From Gemmatimonadota bacterium (lineage in GTDB: Bacteria; Gemmatimonadota; Gemmatimonadetes; Gemmatimonadales; Gemmatimonadaceae): a DNA stretch of 64,000 nt. Both the position numbers and the translations under genes were made by a program. The notes under the pieces were generated by a model. The model worked only from the letters and a program-made list of their open reading frames with translations. It searched no databases and had not been told where the DNA came from. The stretch spans positions 57,975 through 121,974 of the forward strand of contig JAIOPJ010000020.1 in assembly GCA_021413975.1 (NCBI GenBank), in the 5' to 3' direction. Positions 44,311 through 51,897 of the stretch are shown in pieces. Within the stretch, counting starts at the first letter, position 1; each line of letters opens with the position of its first letter.

Positions 44311-45896
44311 CGATCGGTGCCCAACAGACCAAGGCCGAATCGTCGCAGTACGCTGCGACCTCCTCGTACGCCGACGTGATCGCGTTCCTCGACGCGTTGG
44401 AACAACGTGCGCCGGGTGCGTGGGTGCGCGGCACCATCGGCACCACGACGCAGGGCAAGCCGCTGCCTTATCTGATCGTGTCGCGGCCACTCGTGCGCAC
44501 GCCCGCCGAGGCGCGCGAGAGCGGGAAGCCGATCGTGTACGTGCAGGGGAACATCCACGGCGGCGAGGTCGAGGGGAAGGAGTCGGTGCAGGCCCTGTTG
44601 CGCGACCTGATCCTCGACCGCGGCAGGAACGCACTCGACTCGATCATCCTCATCGCCGTGCCGATCTACAACGCCGACGGCAACGACACCTGGGGACCGC
44701 AGGAGCGTCAGCGCTCGGAGCAGGACGGACCGGAACAGGTCGGCCAGCGACCCAACGGCGCCCAGCTCGACCTCAATCGCGACTACATCAAGAACGAGGC
44801 GCCGGAGACGCTCGCGTCGCTCCTGATGTTCCGGACCTGGGACCCCGACGTCTTCGTCGACCTGCACACGACCGACGGCTCGTATCATGGCTACGCGCTG
44901 ACCTATTCTCCGTCGCTGCATCCCGCGGCGATGGACGGCACGCTGGCGCCGGCGGGCCCCTGGACGCGTGATACGCTGCTCCCCGAGCTCCGCCGCCGCG
45001 TGCGCGCGCGGCGCGGGTTCGAGATCTTCGACTACGGCAACTTCTCCGGTCCCGGGAACGCGCGCGAGGACGCCGCCTCGCTCGCGAAGGGCGGGTGGCT
45101 CACGTACGAGCACAAGCCGCGATTCGGCACGAACTACTTCGGCCTGCGCGGCCGGGTGAGCATCCTCAGCGAGGCCTACTCGCACGACCCGTTCGAACGT
45201 CGCGTCAAGGCGACCACCGCGTTCGTGGGCGAGTTGCTCTCGTACGTCGGCGAGCAGGGCAGCACCGTCGTGGCGCGCACGCGCGCCGCCGCGGCCGGGT
45301 TCGCGCGCGGCGTCACCACACCGGTCCCGCTCCGCGCCCGCATGACCACCGCGCCGTTCATCGCACCGGTGCTCGTGGAGCCGCTCATCCCGATGGGTGA
45401 CACGCTGCGTCACGAGGCCGGCGTGCGCCGCGGATTCAAGCGGTCGCACGCCTTCGTGCCCGTGCCCATGCCCGTGTTCGACCGCTTCGAGACGACGCTC
45501 ACGCGCGCGCTCCCGGAGGCGTGGATCCTCGATTCCTCCATGACGCCGATCATCGAGCGCCTGCGCGCACATGGGGTCGAGGCGCGCCGGCTCACCCGTC
45601 CCTGGACCGGTCGCGGCGAGGCGTTCACGATCGATTCGATCGTGAAGGGCACGCGCCCCTTCCAGGGCCACAACGAGGTGCGCCTCGAGGGGCGGTGGGC
45701 CGATGCACACCTGACGCTCCGGCGCGGCACTTGGATCGTGAGCGGCCGGCAGGCGCTGGCACTCGTGGCGGCGATCATGCTCGAGCCGCAGAGCGATGAC
45801 GGGCTCACCACCTGGAACTTCCTCGACGCGCAGCTCACCGTCGGTGCGCTCCATCCGGTGCGCCGCGCACTGGATCCCGTCGCGGCGGCCCGCTGA
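44250..45896 (+). CDS. Secreted M14-family zinc carboxypeptidase
   Basis: Frame of track ORF 43950..45896. ATG 44250 gives the signal MKRSAIAVAVAFSFILHPSASIGAQ. ATG 44211, which overlaps the fadJ stop, is an alternative. M14 motifs are VQGNIHGGEVEG, DLNRDY and DLHTTDGS. Confidence 0.85.
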   Translation: MKRSAIAVAVAFSFILHPSASIGAQQTKAESSQYAATSSYADVIAFLDALEQRAPGAWVRGTIGTTTQGKPLPYLIVSRPLVRTPAEARESGKPIVYVQGNIHGGEVEGKESVQALLRDLILDRGRNALDSIILIAVPIYNADGNDTWGPQERQRSEQDGPEQVGQRPNGAQLDLNRDYIKNEAPETLASLLMFRTWDPDVFVDLHTTDGSYHGYALTYSPSLHPAAMDGTLAPAGPWTRDTLLPELRRRVRARRGFEIFDYGNFSGPGNAREDAASLAKGGWLTYEHKPRFGTNYFGLRGRVSILSEAYSHDPFERRVKATTAFVGELLSYVGEQGSTVVARTRAAAAGFARGVTTPVPLRARMTTAPFIAPVLVEPLIPMGDTLRHEAGVRRGFKRSHAFVPVPMPVFDRFETTLTRALPEAWILDSSMTPIIERLRAHGVEARRLTRPWTGRGEAFTIDSIVKGTRPFQGHNEVRLEGRWADAHLTLRRGTWIVSGRQALALVAAIMLEPQSDDGLTTWNFLDAQLTVGALHPVRRALDPVAAAR

Positions 45897-45927
45897 CCGC
45901 CGTCCTCCGTTCCACGATGCACCGTCG

Positions 45928-46293
45928 ATGAGCCGCTTCCTCCCGGCCGATCACTCCAAGGGCGACGAGCGGACCATCGGCGGGTACGCGGCGGTCCATG
46001 CGCGTCCGGCCGCATTCGAAGGGCGCGACGGCTACTCGTACAGCGTCGAGATCCTCGCCGACGAGAGCGACGACGCGGCCGGGCCGTTCGGCGCCTTCTT
46101 CCTCTTCGTGCAGTGGAAGCGCTTCGGCGAGCAGGCGGTCGAGGGACATCTCGAATCGCCCTTTCTCGCGCACGGCTCGGACGCCGCCGCGGCCATGGCG
46201 GCACTCGGCACGATGACGGTCGAAGAAGTGCAACGGCACCTCGACACATTGATCGCCGAACGCGAGCAGGCCGTACGCGAGCAGGCCGAGTGA
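45928..46293 (+). CDS. Hypothetical protein (121 aa), translationally coupled to rsgA
   Basis: Frame of track ORF 45796..46293, starting at ATG 45928 (MSRFLPADHSKG). It has coding-like GC3, and its stop overlaps the rsgA GTG (GTGA). No family recognised. Confidence 0.55.
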   Translation: MSRFLPADHSKGDERTIGGYAAVHARPAAFEGRDGYSYSVEILADESDDAAGPFGAFFLFVQWKRFGEQAVEGHLESPFLAHGSDAAAAMAALGTMTVEEVQRHLDTLIAEREQAVREQAE

Positions 46294-47234
46294 GCGAGCC
46301 GACCGGCACGCGCGGCATCATCGTCGAGGGGACCGGCGGCGTCTGGCGCGTCCGCACCGCCGACGGCGAGGAACGCGACGCCAGCCTCGCGGGGCGCCTC
46401 AAGCAGGAGATGAGGGGCCACCTGAAGCTCGCCGTCGGCGATCATGTCATCGTCGAGCCCGATGAACGCGACAGCGGCTGGCGCATCGGCACGATCGAGC
46501 CGCGCACCAGCGTGCTCGCGCGGCGCGAACCCGGCGGCCGCTACGGCGAGCGCGTCCTCGCCGCGAACATCGACCAGGTCCTCGTCGTCTTCTCCGTGGG
46601 GAAGCCGGAGCCGCACGTGCGGATGATCGATCGCTTCATGGTGATCTGCGAAGCGAACGACCTGCGCACGCATCTCGTGCTCAACAAGATCGACCTCCCG
46701 GTCGATCCGTCGTTCGTCGACGAACTCGCCCGGCCGTACCTCGCCGCGGGCTATCCCGTGCATCGCACGAGCGTCAAGCGGGGCGACGGCCTGGAGGAGA
46801 TGCGCAGTGTCCTCCACGGTCGCGTGACCGCGTTCACGGGCCCGAGCGGCGTGGGCAAGTCATCATTGCTCAACGCGCTCTACCCCGAGCTCAAGCTCCG
46901 CACGCAGGAGGTCTCGCAGTCGGTGAACAAGGGACGGCACACGACGGTAGGATCCAAGCTCATCCCGCTCCCCGACGGGGATGGCGGCTACCTCGTCGAC
47001 ACGCCGGGGCTCCGCGAGGTGGGGATGTGGAACCTCCCCTCGACCTCGCTCGACCAGTGCTTCCCCGAGTTCAAGCCCTTCCTCGGCGAGTGCCGCTTCC
47101 AGGACTGCATGCATGATGTCGAACCCGGCTGCGCCGTGCGCGCCGCCCGGGCACTCGGCGCGATCGACCGGGTACGATACGAGAGCTATCTCAAATTGCG
47201 TAGCGAACTCACCGACGCCGAACGGAACCAATGA
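46290..47234 (+). CDS. rsgA: Ribosome small-subunit-dependent GTPase A
   Basis: Frame of track ORF 46113..47234. Circularly permuted GTPase motifs are LVLNKIDL and GPSGVGKSSLLNAL...DTPG. The C-terminal zinc knuckle is CRFQDCMHDVEPGC. Confidence 0.9.
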   Translation: MSEPTGTRGIIVEGTGGVWRVRTADGEERDASLAGRLKQEMRGHLKLAVGDHVIVEPDERDSGWRIGTIEPRTSVLARREPGGRYGERVLAANIDQVLVVFSVGKPEPHVRMIDRFMVICEANDLRTHLVLNKIDLPVDPSFVDELARPYLAAGYPVHRTSVKRGDGLEEMRSVLHGRVTAFTGPSGVGKSSLLNALYPELKLRTQEVSQSVNKGRHTTVGSKLIPLPDGDGGYLVDTPGLREVGMWNLPSTSLDQCFPEFKPFLGECRFQDCMHDVEPGCAVRAARALGAIDRVRYESYLKLRSELTDAERNQ

Positions 47235-48112
47235 TGCGGATCGCCCTCGTCTTCGCACTGCTCCTCTCGCTCCCCACCGGATCCGCGGCGCAGGCCGGCA
47301 AGGCGGCCTTCGACGAGGGCATGCGCCTCATGCGCCTCAACAAGGCGGACGCGGCCGAGAAGCAGTTCGAGCGCGCGATCGCCGCGGATCCGACGAATGG
47401 CAACTATCACCTCTGGTTGGGGAACGCGGTCGGGCAGCAGGCCGGCTCGGCGAGCGTGATCCGGCAGCCGTTCATGGCGCGGCGCATCAAGGCCGAGTTC
47501 GAGCGTGCGGTGGCGCTCGATCCCGAACTCCTCGATGCACGCGACGGACTCATCCAGTTCTACCTCATGGCGCCGGGCGTCATGGGCGGCAGCGCGGCAA
47601 AGGCGCGGGAGCAGCAGCGCGAGATCGCCAAGCGCAACACGTTCCGCGGTCAGCTCGCCGCCGCCACGGTGGCGTGGGCCGACAAGGACACGGCCGGCAC
47701 CGAGCGCGCCCTCCGTGCCGCCATCGCCGCGCAACCCGACAGTGCGCGAACGGTCATCTCGCTCGCGCAGCGCCAGGTCGGTTGGGGGCGGGTCCCGGCG
47801 GCCTTCGGCACGCTCGACGACTTCCTCGCGCGCCATCCGGGTGATATCGCCGTGCGGTTCCAGATCGGCCGTCTCGCCGCCAACAGCGGCCAGCAGCTCG
47901 AGCGCGGCGAGAAGCTGCTGCGCGAGCTAGTCGCCGAGCCGGAGTGGGAGAGCACCAACCTGCGCCCGAGCCGGGCCGCCGTGCACTATCGGCTCGGCAT
48001 GGTGCTGGAGAAATCGGGGAAGAAGCCCGACGCCAGGGCGGCGTACGAACGCGCGGTCGCGCTCGACCCGCAGCTCAAGCCGGCGAAGGACGCACTGGCG
48101 GCGCTACGGTAG
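47231..48112 (+). CDS. Secreted TPR-repeat protein
   Basis: Track ORF of 293 aa with an ATGA overlap with rsgA. The signal peptide is MMRIALVFALLLSLPTGSAAQA. TPR-like helices are present (AEKQFERAIAADPTNGNYHLWLG; ARAAYERAVALDP). Confidence 0.75.
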   Translation: MMRIALVFALLLSLPTGSAAQAGKAAFDEGMRLMRLNKADAAEKQFERAIAADPTNGNYHLWLGNAVGQQAGSASVIRQPFMARRIKAEFERAVALDPELLDARDGLIQFYLMAPGVMGGSAAKAREQQREIAKRNTFRGQLAAATVAWADKDTAGTERALRAAIAAQPDSARTVISLAQRQVGWGRVPAAFGTLDDFLARHPGDIAVRFQIGRLAANSGQQLERGEKLLRELVAEPEWESTNLRPSRAAVHYRLGMVLEKSGKKPDARAAYERAVALDPQLKPAKDALAALR

Positions 48113-48130
48113 AGCCGACGGCCCGTGAAT

Positions 48131-48201
48131 CGATGAAGGCTGAAGGAGGGAGGATGCGCGGCCGCACGGCCGCGCCCCCTTCATCCTTCAGCCTTCATCC
48201 C
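48131..48201. repeat. TGAAGGN heptad element b: long imperfect palindrome with inner GC hairpin between convergent TPR and pdxH genes (probable bidirectional terminator)
   Basis: GATGAAGGCTGAAGGA (48132-48147) is the reverse complement of TCCTTCAGCCTTCATC (48184-48199). The inner stem is GCGCGGCC (48156-48163) with GGCCGCGC (48168-48175). The right arm reads CCTTCAT CCTTCAG CCTTCAT, three heptads. Confidence 0.7.
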
Positions 48202-48205
48202 GGAT

Positions 48206-48844
48206 TCAAGGACTGAGCCGCTCCAGCCGCCACCCGCCGGGCTGCGGCACATACCGCAACCGGTCATGCAGCCGACTCTGCCGCCCCTGCCAGAACTCGT
48301 AGCAGTCGGGCACCACGCGGTAGCCGCCCCAGTGCGGCGGCAACGGCACGTCCTCGCCGGGATGCTGCGCATCGAGTTCCGCATGCCGCCGCTCGAGTCC
48401 TTCACGGCTCACGATCACCGAGCTCTGCGCCGACGCCCACGCGCCGAGGCGGCTCCCCCGCGGCCGCTGCTGGAAGTACTCCGCGGACTCCGCGGCGGTG
48501 ACACGCTCGACGCGACCCTCGATCCGCACCTGCCGTTCGAGTGGCGCCCACCAGAAGCAGAGCGCGGCGCGCGCATCGACCTTCTCGAGCTCGCCCCCCT
48601 TCCGGCTCCGGTAGTCCGTGTAGAAGACGAACCCGCGCTCGTCGGCCTCCTTGAGCAGCACCATGCGACAACTCGGTGCGCCCTGCGCGTCGGCGCTGGC
48701 GAGGGCCATCGCATTCGGCTCGGGTGCTTCGGCCTCGCGTGCCTGGGCGAACCAGCGGTGGAACTGCGCGAGCGGATCGGCGGCGACATCGCGCTCGTCC
48801 AGCTGCTCGCGACGGTATTCCTCTCGGAGATGTGCGATGCTCAT
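48206..48844 (-). CDS. pdxH: Pyridoxamine 5'-phosphate oxidase
   Basis: Frame of track ORF 48206..49000, starting at ATG 48844 (MSIAHLREEY). Motifs are RMVLLKEADERGFVFYTDYRSRKG, EFWQGRQSRLHDR and a C-terminal RLSP. Confidence 0.9.
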   Translation of the reverse strand: MSIAHLREEYRREQLDERDVAADPLAQFHRWFAQAREAEAPEPNAMALASADAQGAPSCRMVLLKEADERGFVFYTDYRSRKGGELEKVDARAALCFWWAPLERQVRIEGRVERVTAAESAEYFQQRPRGSRLGAWASAQSSVIVSREGLERRHAELDAQHPGEDVPLPPHWGGYRVVPDCYEFWQGRQSRLHDRLRYVPQPGGWRLERLSP

Positions 48845-48932
48845 GACGAAAGGTCCGTCGCACGGGGGCCGCTCGGCAAGTCCGCGTATGCCCGGAACCT
48901 TTGCGTCCGGGCGGGATTTGTGAGACGTTCCC

Positions 48933-49535
48933 ATGATGACCGACGCCCCTGGGGCCGATACCCGGCCCACCGCCCCGCCCGAATTCAGTGCCGCCGCCAT
49001 CGCCGCGATGGACGACGTCTACCGCTTCGCGCGCTCGCTCACGCGCGATCCGAGCGACGCCGAGGACGTGGTGCAGGACGCCTATCTGCGGGCCTTCCGC
49101 TCCTGGCACACCTTCCAGCCCGGCACCGACATCCGCCGCTGGCTCTTCACGATCGCGCGCAACGTCTTCCTGCGTTCGCGCGAGCGGGGCCAGCGCGAGG
49201 TCACGCTCGACGACGAGCAGTCGGCCGTCGCCGACGCCGCTCAGGCACAGGAAGCCTGGGTGCGCGGCGGACTCGACCCGATCCTCGATCGCACCGATCT
49301 CGGTCCCGCCATCTCGGCCGCACTCGCCCAGCTCCCCGAGAGTTTCCGTGCGGTCGTGGTGCTCGTGGACCTCGAGGATCAGCCCTACGAGGCCGCGGCC
49401 GAGGTGCTCGGCATTCCCGTGGGCACCGTGCGCTCACGGCTCTTCCGTGGACGCAAGCTCCTCCAGCACAGCCTCGCCCAGCATGCCCGTGACGCCGGTC
49501 TTCTGCCGGCGCGCCCTTCAGGGAGTCCCGCATGA
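48933..49535 (+). CDS. ECF-type RNA polymerase sigma-70 factor
   Basis: Track ORF of 200 aa. Region 2 is DAEDVVQDAYLRAFRSW...WLFTIARNVF. Region 4 is YEAAAEVLGIPVGTVRSRLFRGRKLL. Confidence 0.9.
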   Translation: MMTDAPGADTRPTAPPEFSAAAIAAMDDVYRFARSLTRDPSDAEDVVQDAYLRAFRSWHTFQPGTDIRRWLFTIARNVFLRSRERGQREVTLDDEQSAVADAAQAQEAWVRGGLDPILDRTDLGPAISAALAQLPESFRAVVVLVDLEDQPYEAAAEVLGIPVGTVRSRLFRGRKLLQHSLAQHARDAGLLPARPSGSPA

Positions 49536-49807
49536 CGCCAGATCACGCCAAGCCGACCACCGGTGCCGAGGTGGACTGCAAAGCCGCCCTCGAGAGCCTC
49601 TTCGAATTCCTCGACGGTGAACTCGACGGCTCGTTGGAGGAACGCCTCAAGGCGCATGTGCACGAGTGCCGGCCCTGCTTCGAGCGCGCCGACTTCGAGC
49701 GACGGTTCCTCGCGGCGGTCCAGGCGGCCCGCACCGAGGAGCGCTGCCCCAAGGCGCTGCGCGAGCGCGTCCTCTCGACGCTGCGCGCCGAGGGACTGGG
49801 CGCGTGA
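49532..49807 (+). CDS. Cytoplasmic zinc-binding anti-sigma factor (ZAS; RsrA-like)
   Basis: Track ORF of 91 aa with an ATGA overlap with the sigma gene and no TM segment. It has C16 and the motif H42-x3-C46-x2-C49. The C16-to-H42 spacing of 26 residues equals the C11-to-H37 spacing in S. coelicolor RsrA. Confidence 0.8.
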   Translation: MTPDHAKPTTGAEVDCKAALESLFEFLDGELDGSLEERLKAHVHECRPCFERADFERRFLAAVQAARTEERCPKALRERVLSTLRAEGLGA

Positions 49808-50328
49808 CCGTCCCCGAGGGGACGCAGGCGCACCGGACGGACGCGCGCAAGTTCACCGTCCTGCGCTGTGCCGTGCTCACGGTCAGTGACTCGCGCACGA
49901 CCGGGACCGACGAGTCGGGCCGCTACCTTCGCGTGGCGCTCGCGGCGGCCGGGCACACCGTGCTCGACCATGGACTGCTGCCGAACGACGAGGACCGGGT
50001 GCGCGCACAGGTCCGGGACTGGCTCGATCGCGACGACCTCGACCTGATCGTCCTCACCGGTGGCACCGGACTCGGTTCGCGCGACCGGACCATCGAGGCC
50101 GTGCGCCCCCTCCTCGAGAAGGAGATGCCGGGGTTCGGGGAGCTCTTCCGGCTGTTGAGCTTCCAGGAACAGGTCGCGACGGCCTCGATCCTCTCTCGCG
50201 CCACCGCCGGCAGCGCGAAGGGCAAGCTGCTGGTGTCGCTTCCCGGTTCCCGCGCGGCGGTCCAACTCGCGATGGAGCGGATCATCCTGCCCGAGGGCGC
50301 CCACGCCGTGCGGGAGCTGAGGCGCTAG
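49804..50328 (+). CDS. moaB: Molybdenum cofactor biosynthesis protein B (MoaB/MogA fold)
   Basis: Frame of track ORF 49666..50328. GTG 49804 overlaps the anti-sigma stop (GTGA). The blocks LTVSDSR...ESG, LTGGTGLGSRD, GFGELFRLLSF and LPGSRAA parallel E. coli MoaB. Confidence 0.85.
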   Translation: MTVPEGTQAHRTDARKFTVLRCAVLTVSDSRTTGTDESGRYLRVALAAAGHTVLDHGLLPNDEDRVRAQVRDWLDRDDLDLIVLTGGTGLGSRDRTIEAVRPLLEKEMPGFGELFRLLSFQEQVATASILSRATAGSAKGKLLVSLPGSRAAVQLAMERIILPEGAHAVRELRR

Positions 50329-50366
50329 CCGCTGCGGGGCGATGACTCGATCGGGCAGGATCGGTA

Positions 50367-50432
50367 GAAGGAAAAGCGGGCCCGGCGAAGTTCGCCGGAC
50401 CCGCTTCTTTCATCCTTCAACCTTCATCGGTC
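50367..50432. repeat. TGAAGGN heptad element c plus hairpin between convergent moaB and susD-like genes (probable bidirectional terminator)
   Basis: The stem is AAGCGGGCCCGGCGAA (50374-50389) with TTCGCCGGACCCGCTT (50391-50406), with one mismatch. It is followed by CTTTCATCCTTCAACCTTCATCGG. On the minus strand the order is GATGAAGGTTGAAGGATGAAAG, then the hairpin, then TTTTCCTTCT. Confidence 0.7.
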
Positions 50433-50435
50433 CTG

Positions 50436-51860
50436 TTAGCACCCCGGTCCGGCGAGCGTAGGATCCGTGGACCGCGCGCGAACGAGACACTCGGCCTGGG
50501 GCACCGGCATCACGATCGCCACGAAGTGTGCATTCACGCCGGTGGTCAGGTCTCGCGGGAGCGCCGAGAGGAGACCGAAGCGCCGGTGATCGACCCACCG
50601 GTGTCCTTCGGAGAGCAGGGAGAACCGACGCTCGTAGAGCAGCGCCTGGATGAAAGCCGCGTCGGTCGAAGCCGCCGTGGCCGCGCTCACGCCGATACCG
50701 GCGCCGCCCGAGATCGAGCGGACTCGATTGAGATCCGTGATGGCGCCGGCCTTGTCACCGGTGTTCCAGCGGATCTCGGCGCTGAGGAGCAAGAGCTCCT
50801 CATTGCGGATGATCGACACCGTGGAAGTGTTCGTGGCAAAGACATTCATCGACAGCGTCGTCGAGATGCCCAGACCCTGCGGTGCGTTGCGCGGCACCCC
50901 GAGCACCGTCCACTTGGACGCGCGCAGGTCTCCGGCCGCGACATCCGTCGCATAGCTCGGGTGGACCAGATAGTCGGCATTCTGGCCGACGCCGTTCTGT
51001 GCGTCACCCGTCGCGGTCGAGAACACCTGGTACACGCCGACATTCATCCCCGCGGCGTTGGTCGGGGTCCGGTTCAGGAACGACGCGGCGATGGCCGTCT
51101 GTGCCTGCGCATAGGCCGGCGCACCGCCGCCACGCGTGGCGTAGTAGACCGCCGCGCGCGCCGCGATCGCGCGGTTGAACTGACGGAACGTCGTCGGCGT
51201 GTTGAAGCCGGCGAAGCCCGAGTGCAGCACGAACGGGAACGCCGCACCGCCAGCCGCGAGTTCCGCGTCTCCGGCGTTGAGCGTGCCGAGGATGTACTTG
51301 TACACGGAATCGCGCGAGACGAACGGCGCGAGGTCCGTGGCATTCTGGTTGATCTGCACCACGGCGCCCAGCGAGTCACGCGTCGAGATCACGTACAGGA
51401 GCTCGAGCGCCTCGAGGGTGCGGGCGAAGCCGAGGCCGGCGCTCTTCTGCGCGGCCGAGAGCGACGCCTGCCCGCTGATGACGTTCTTCAGGTTGAAGAT
51501 GTCGCGCAGGTTGCCGTAGTTGCCGCCCCACGTCCCCGTCGCGAAGCCCGACGGGTCGAGCTTGTTGAAGCCCGCGAGCCCGATCAGGTAGTGCGACGTG
51601 TTGCGCCCCTCGTTGGGCGTGTAGATGTACCCCTCGCGGCCGAAGCGCGCGACGGTCGTGATGTAGCCGGTCAGTCCGCCACGCTGCTGGCGGAGGAGGC
51701 CCGTCGCCTGCAACTGCAGTGCGGCGGCGTCCGCCGAAGCCCCCGCCACGGTCGGCGAGTTCGGGTTCGGGACGGACAGGGGATCGGCGCTGCAGGCGGC
51801 GACGAACAGCGTCGCGCCGGCCAGGCCGAGGAAGAGTCCCTTCTTCATTGGTTTCCTCAT
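50436..51860 (-). CDS. RagB/SusD-family outer-membrane lipoprotein
   Basis: Track ORF 50436..51911. The start is ATG 51860 or 51848 (MKKGLFLGLAGATLFVAAC lipobox). It lies directly downstream of the SusC-type gene. The length and the Ala/Asn/Tyr-rich helical character are typical of SusD. Confidence 0.85.
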   Translation of the reverse strand: MRKPMKKGLFLGLAGATLFVAACSADPLSVPNPNSPTVAGASADAAALQLQATGLLRQQRGGLTGYITTVARFGREGYIYTPNEGRNTSHYLIGLAGFNKLDPSGFATGTWGGNYGNLRDIFNLKNVISGQASLSAAQKSAGLGFARTLEALELLYVISTRDSLGAVVQINQNATDLAPFVSRDSVYKYILGTLNAGDAELAAGGAAFPFVLHSGFAGFNTPTTFRQFNRAIAARAAVYYATRGGGAPAYAQAQTAIAASFLNRTPTNAAGMNVGVYQVFSTATGDAQNGVGQNADYLVHPSYATDVAAGDLRASKWTVLGVPRNAPQGLGISTTLSMNVFATNTSTVSIIRNEELLLLSAEIRWNTGDKAGAITDLNRVRSISGGAGIGVSAATAASTDAAFIQALLYERRFSLLSEGHRWVDHRRFGLLSALPRDLTTGVNAHFVAIVMPVPQAECLVRARSTDPTLAGPGC

Positions 51861-51897
51861 GGGGAATCGAGAGTCGTCAGTGGATGATCGCGTGGAC

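Noticed and set aside
48894-48932. ECF-type autoregulatory promoter (GGAAC ... CGTT) upstream of the ECF sigma gene
   Set aside because: GGAAC (48894-48898) and CGTT (48926-48929) are 27 nt apart, far from the 16-18 nt expected. CGTT also sits 3 nt from the ATG. No convincing -10 lies at the right distance.
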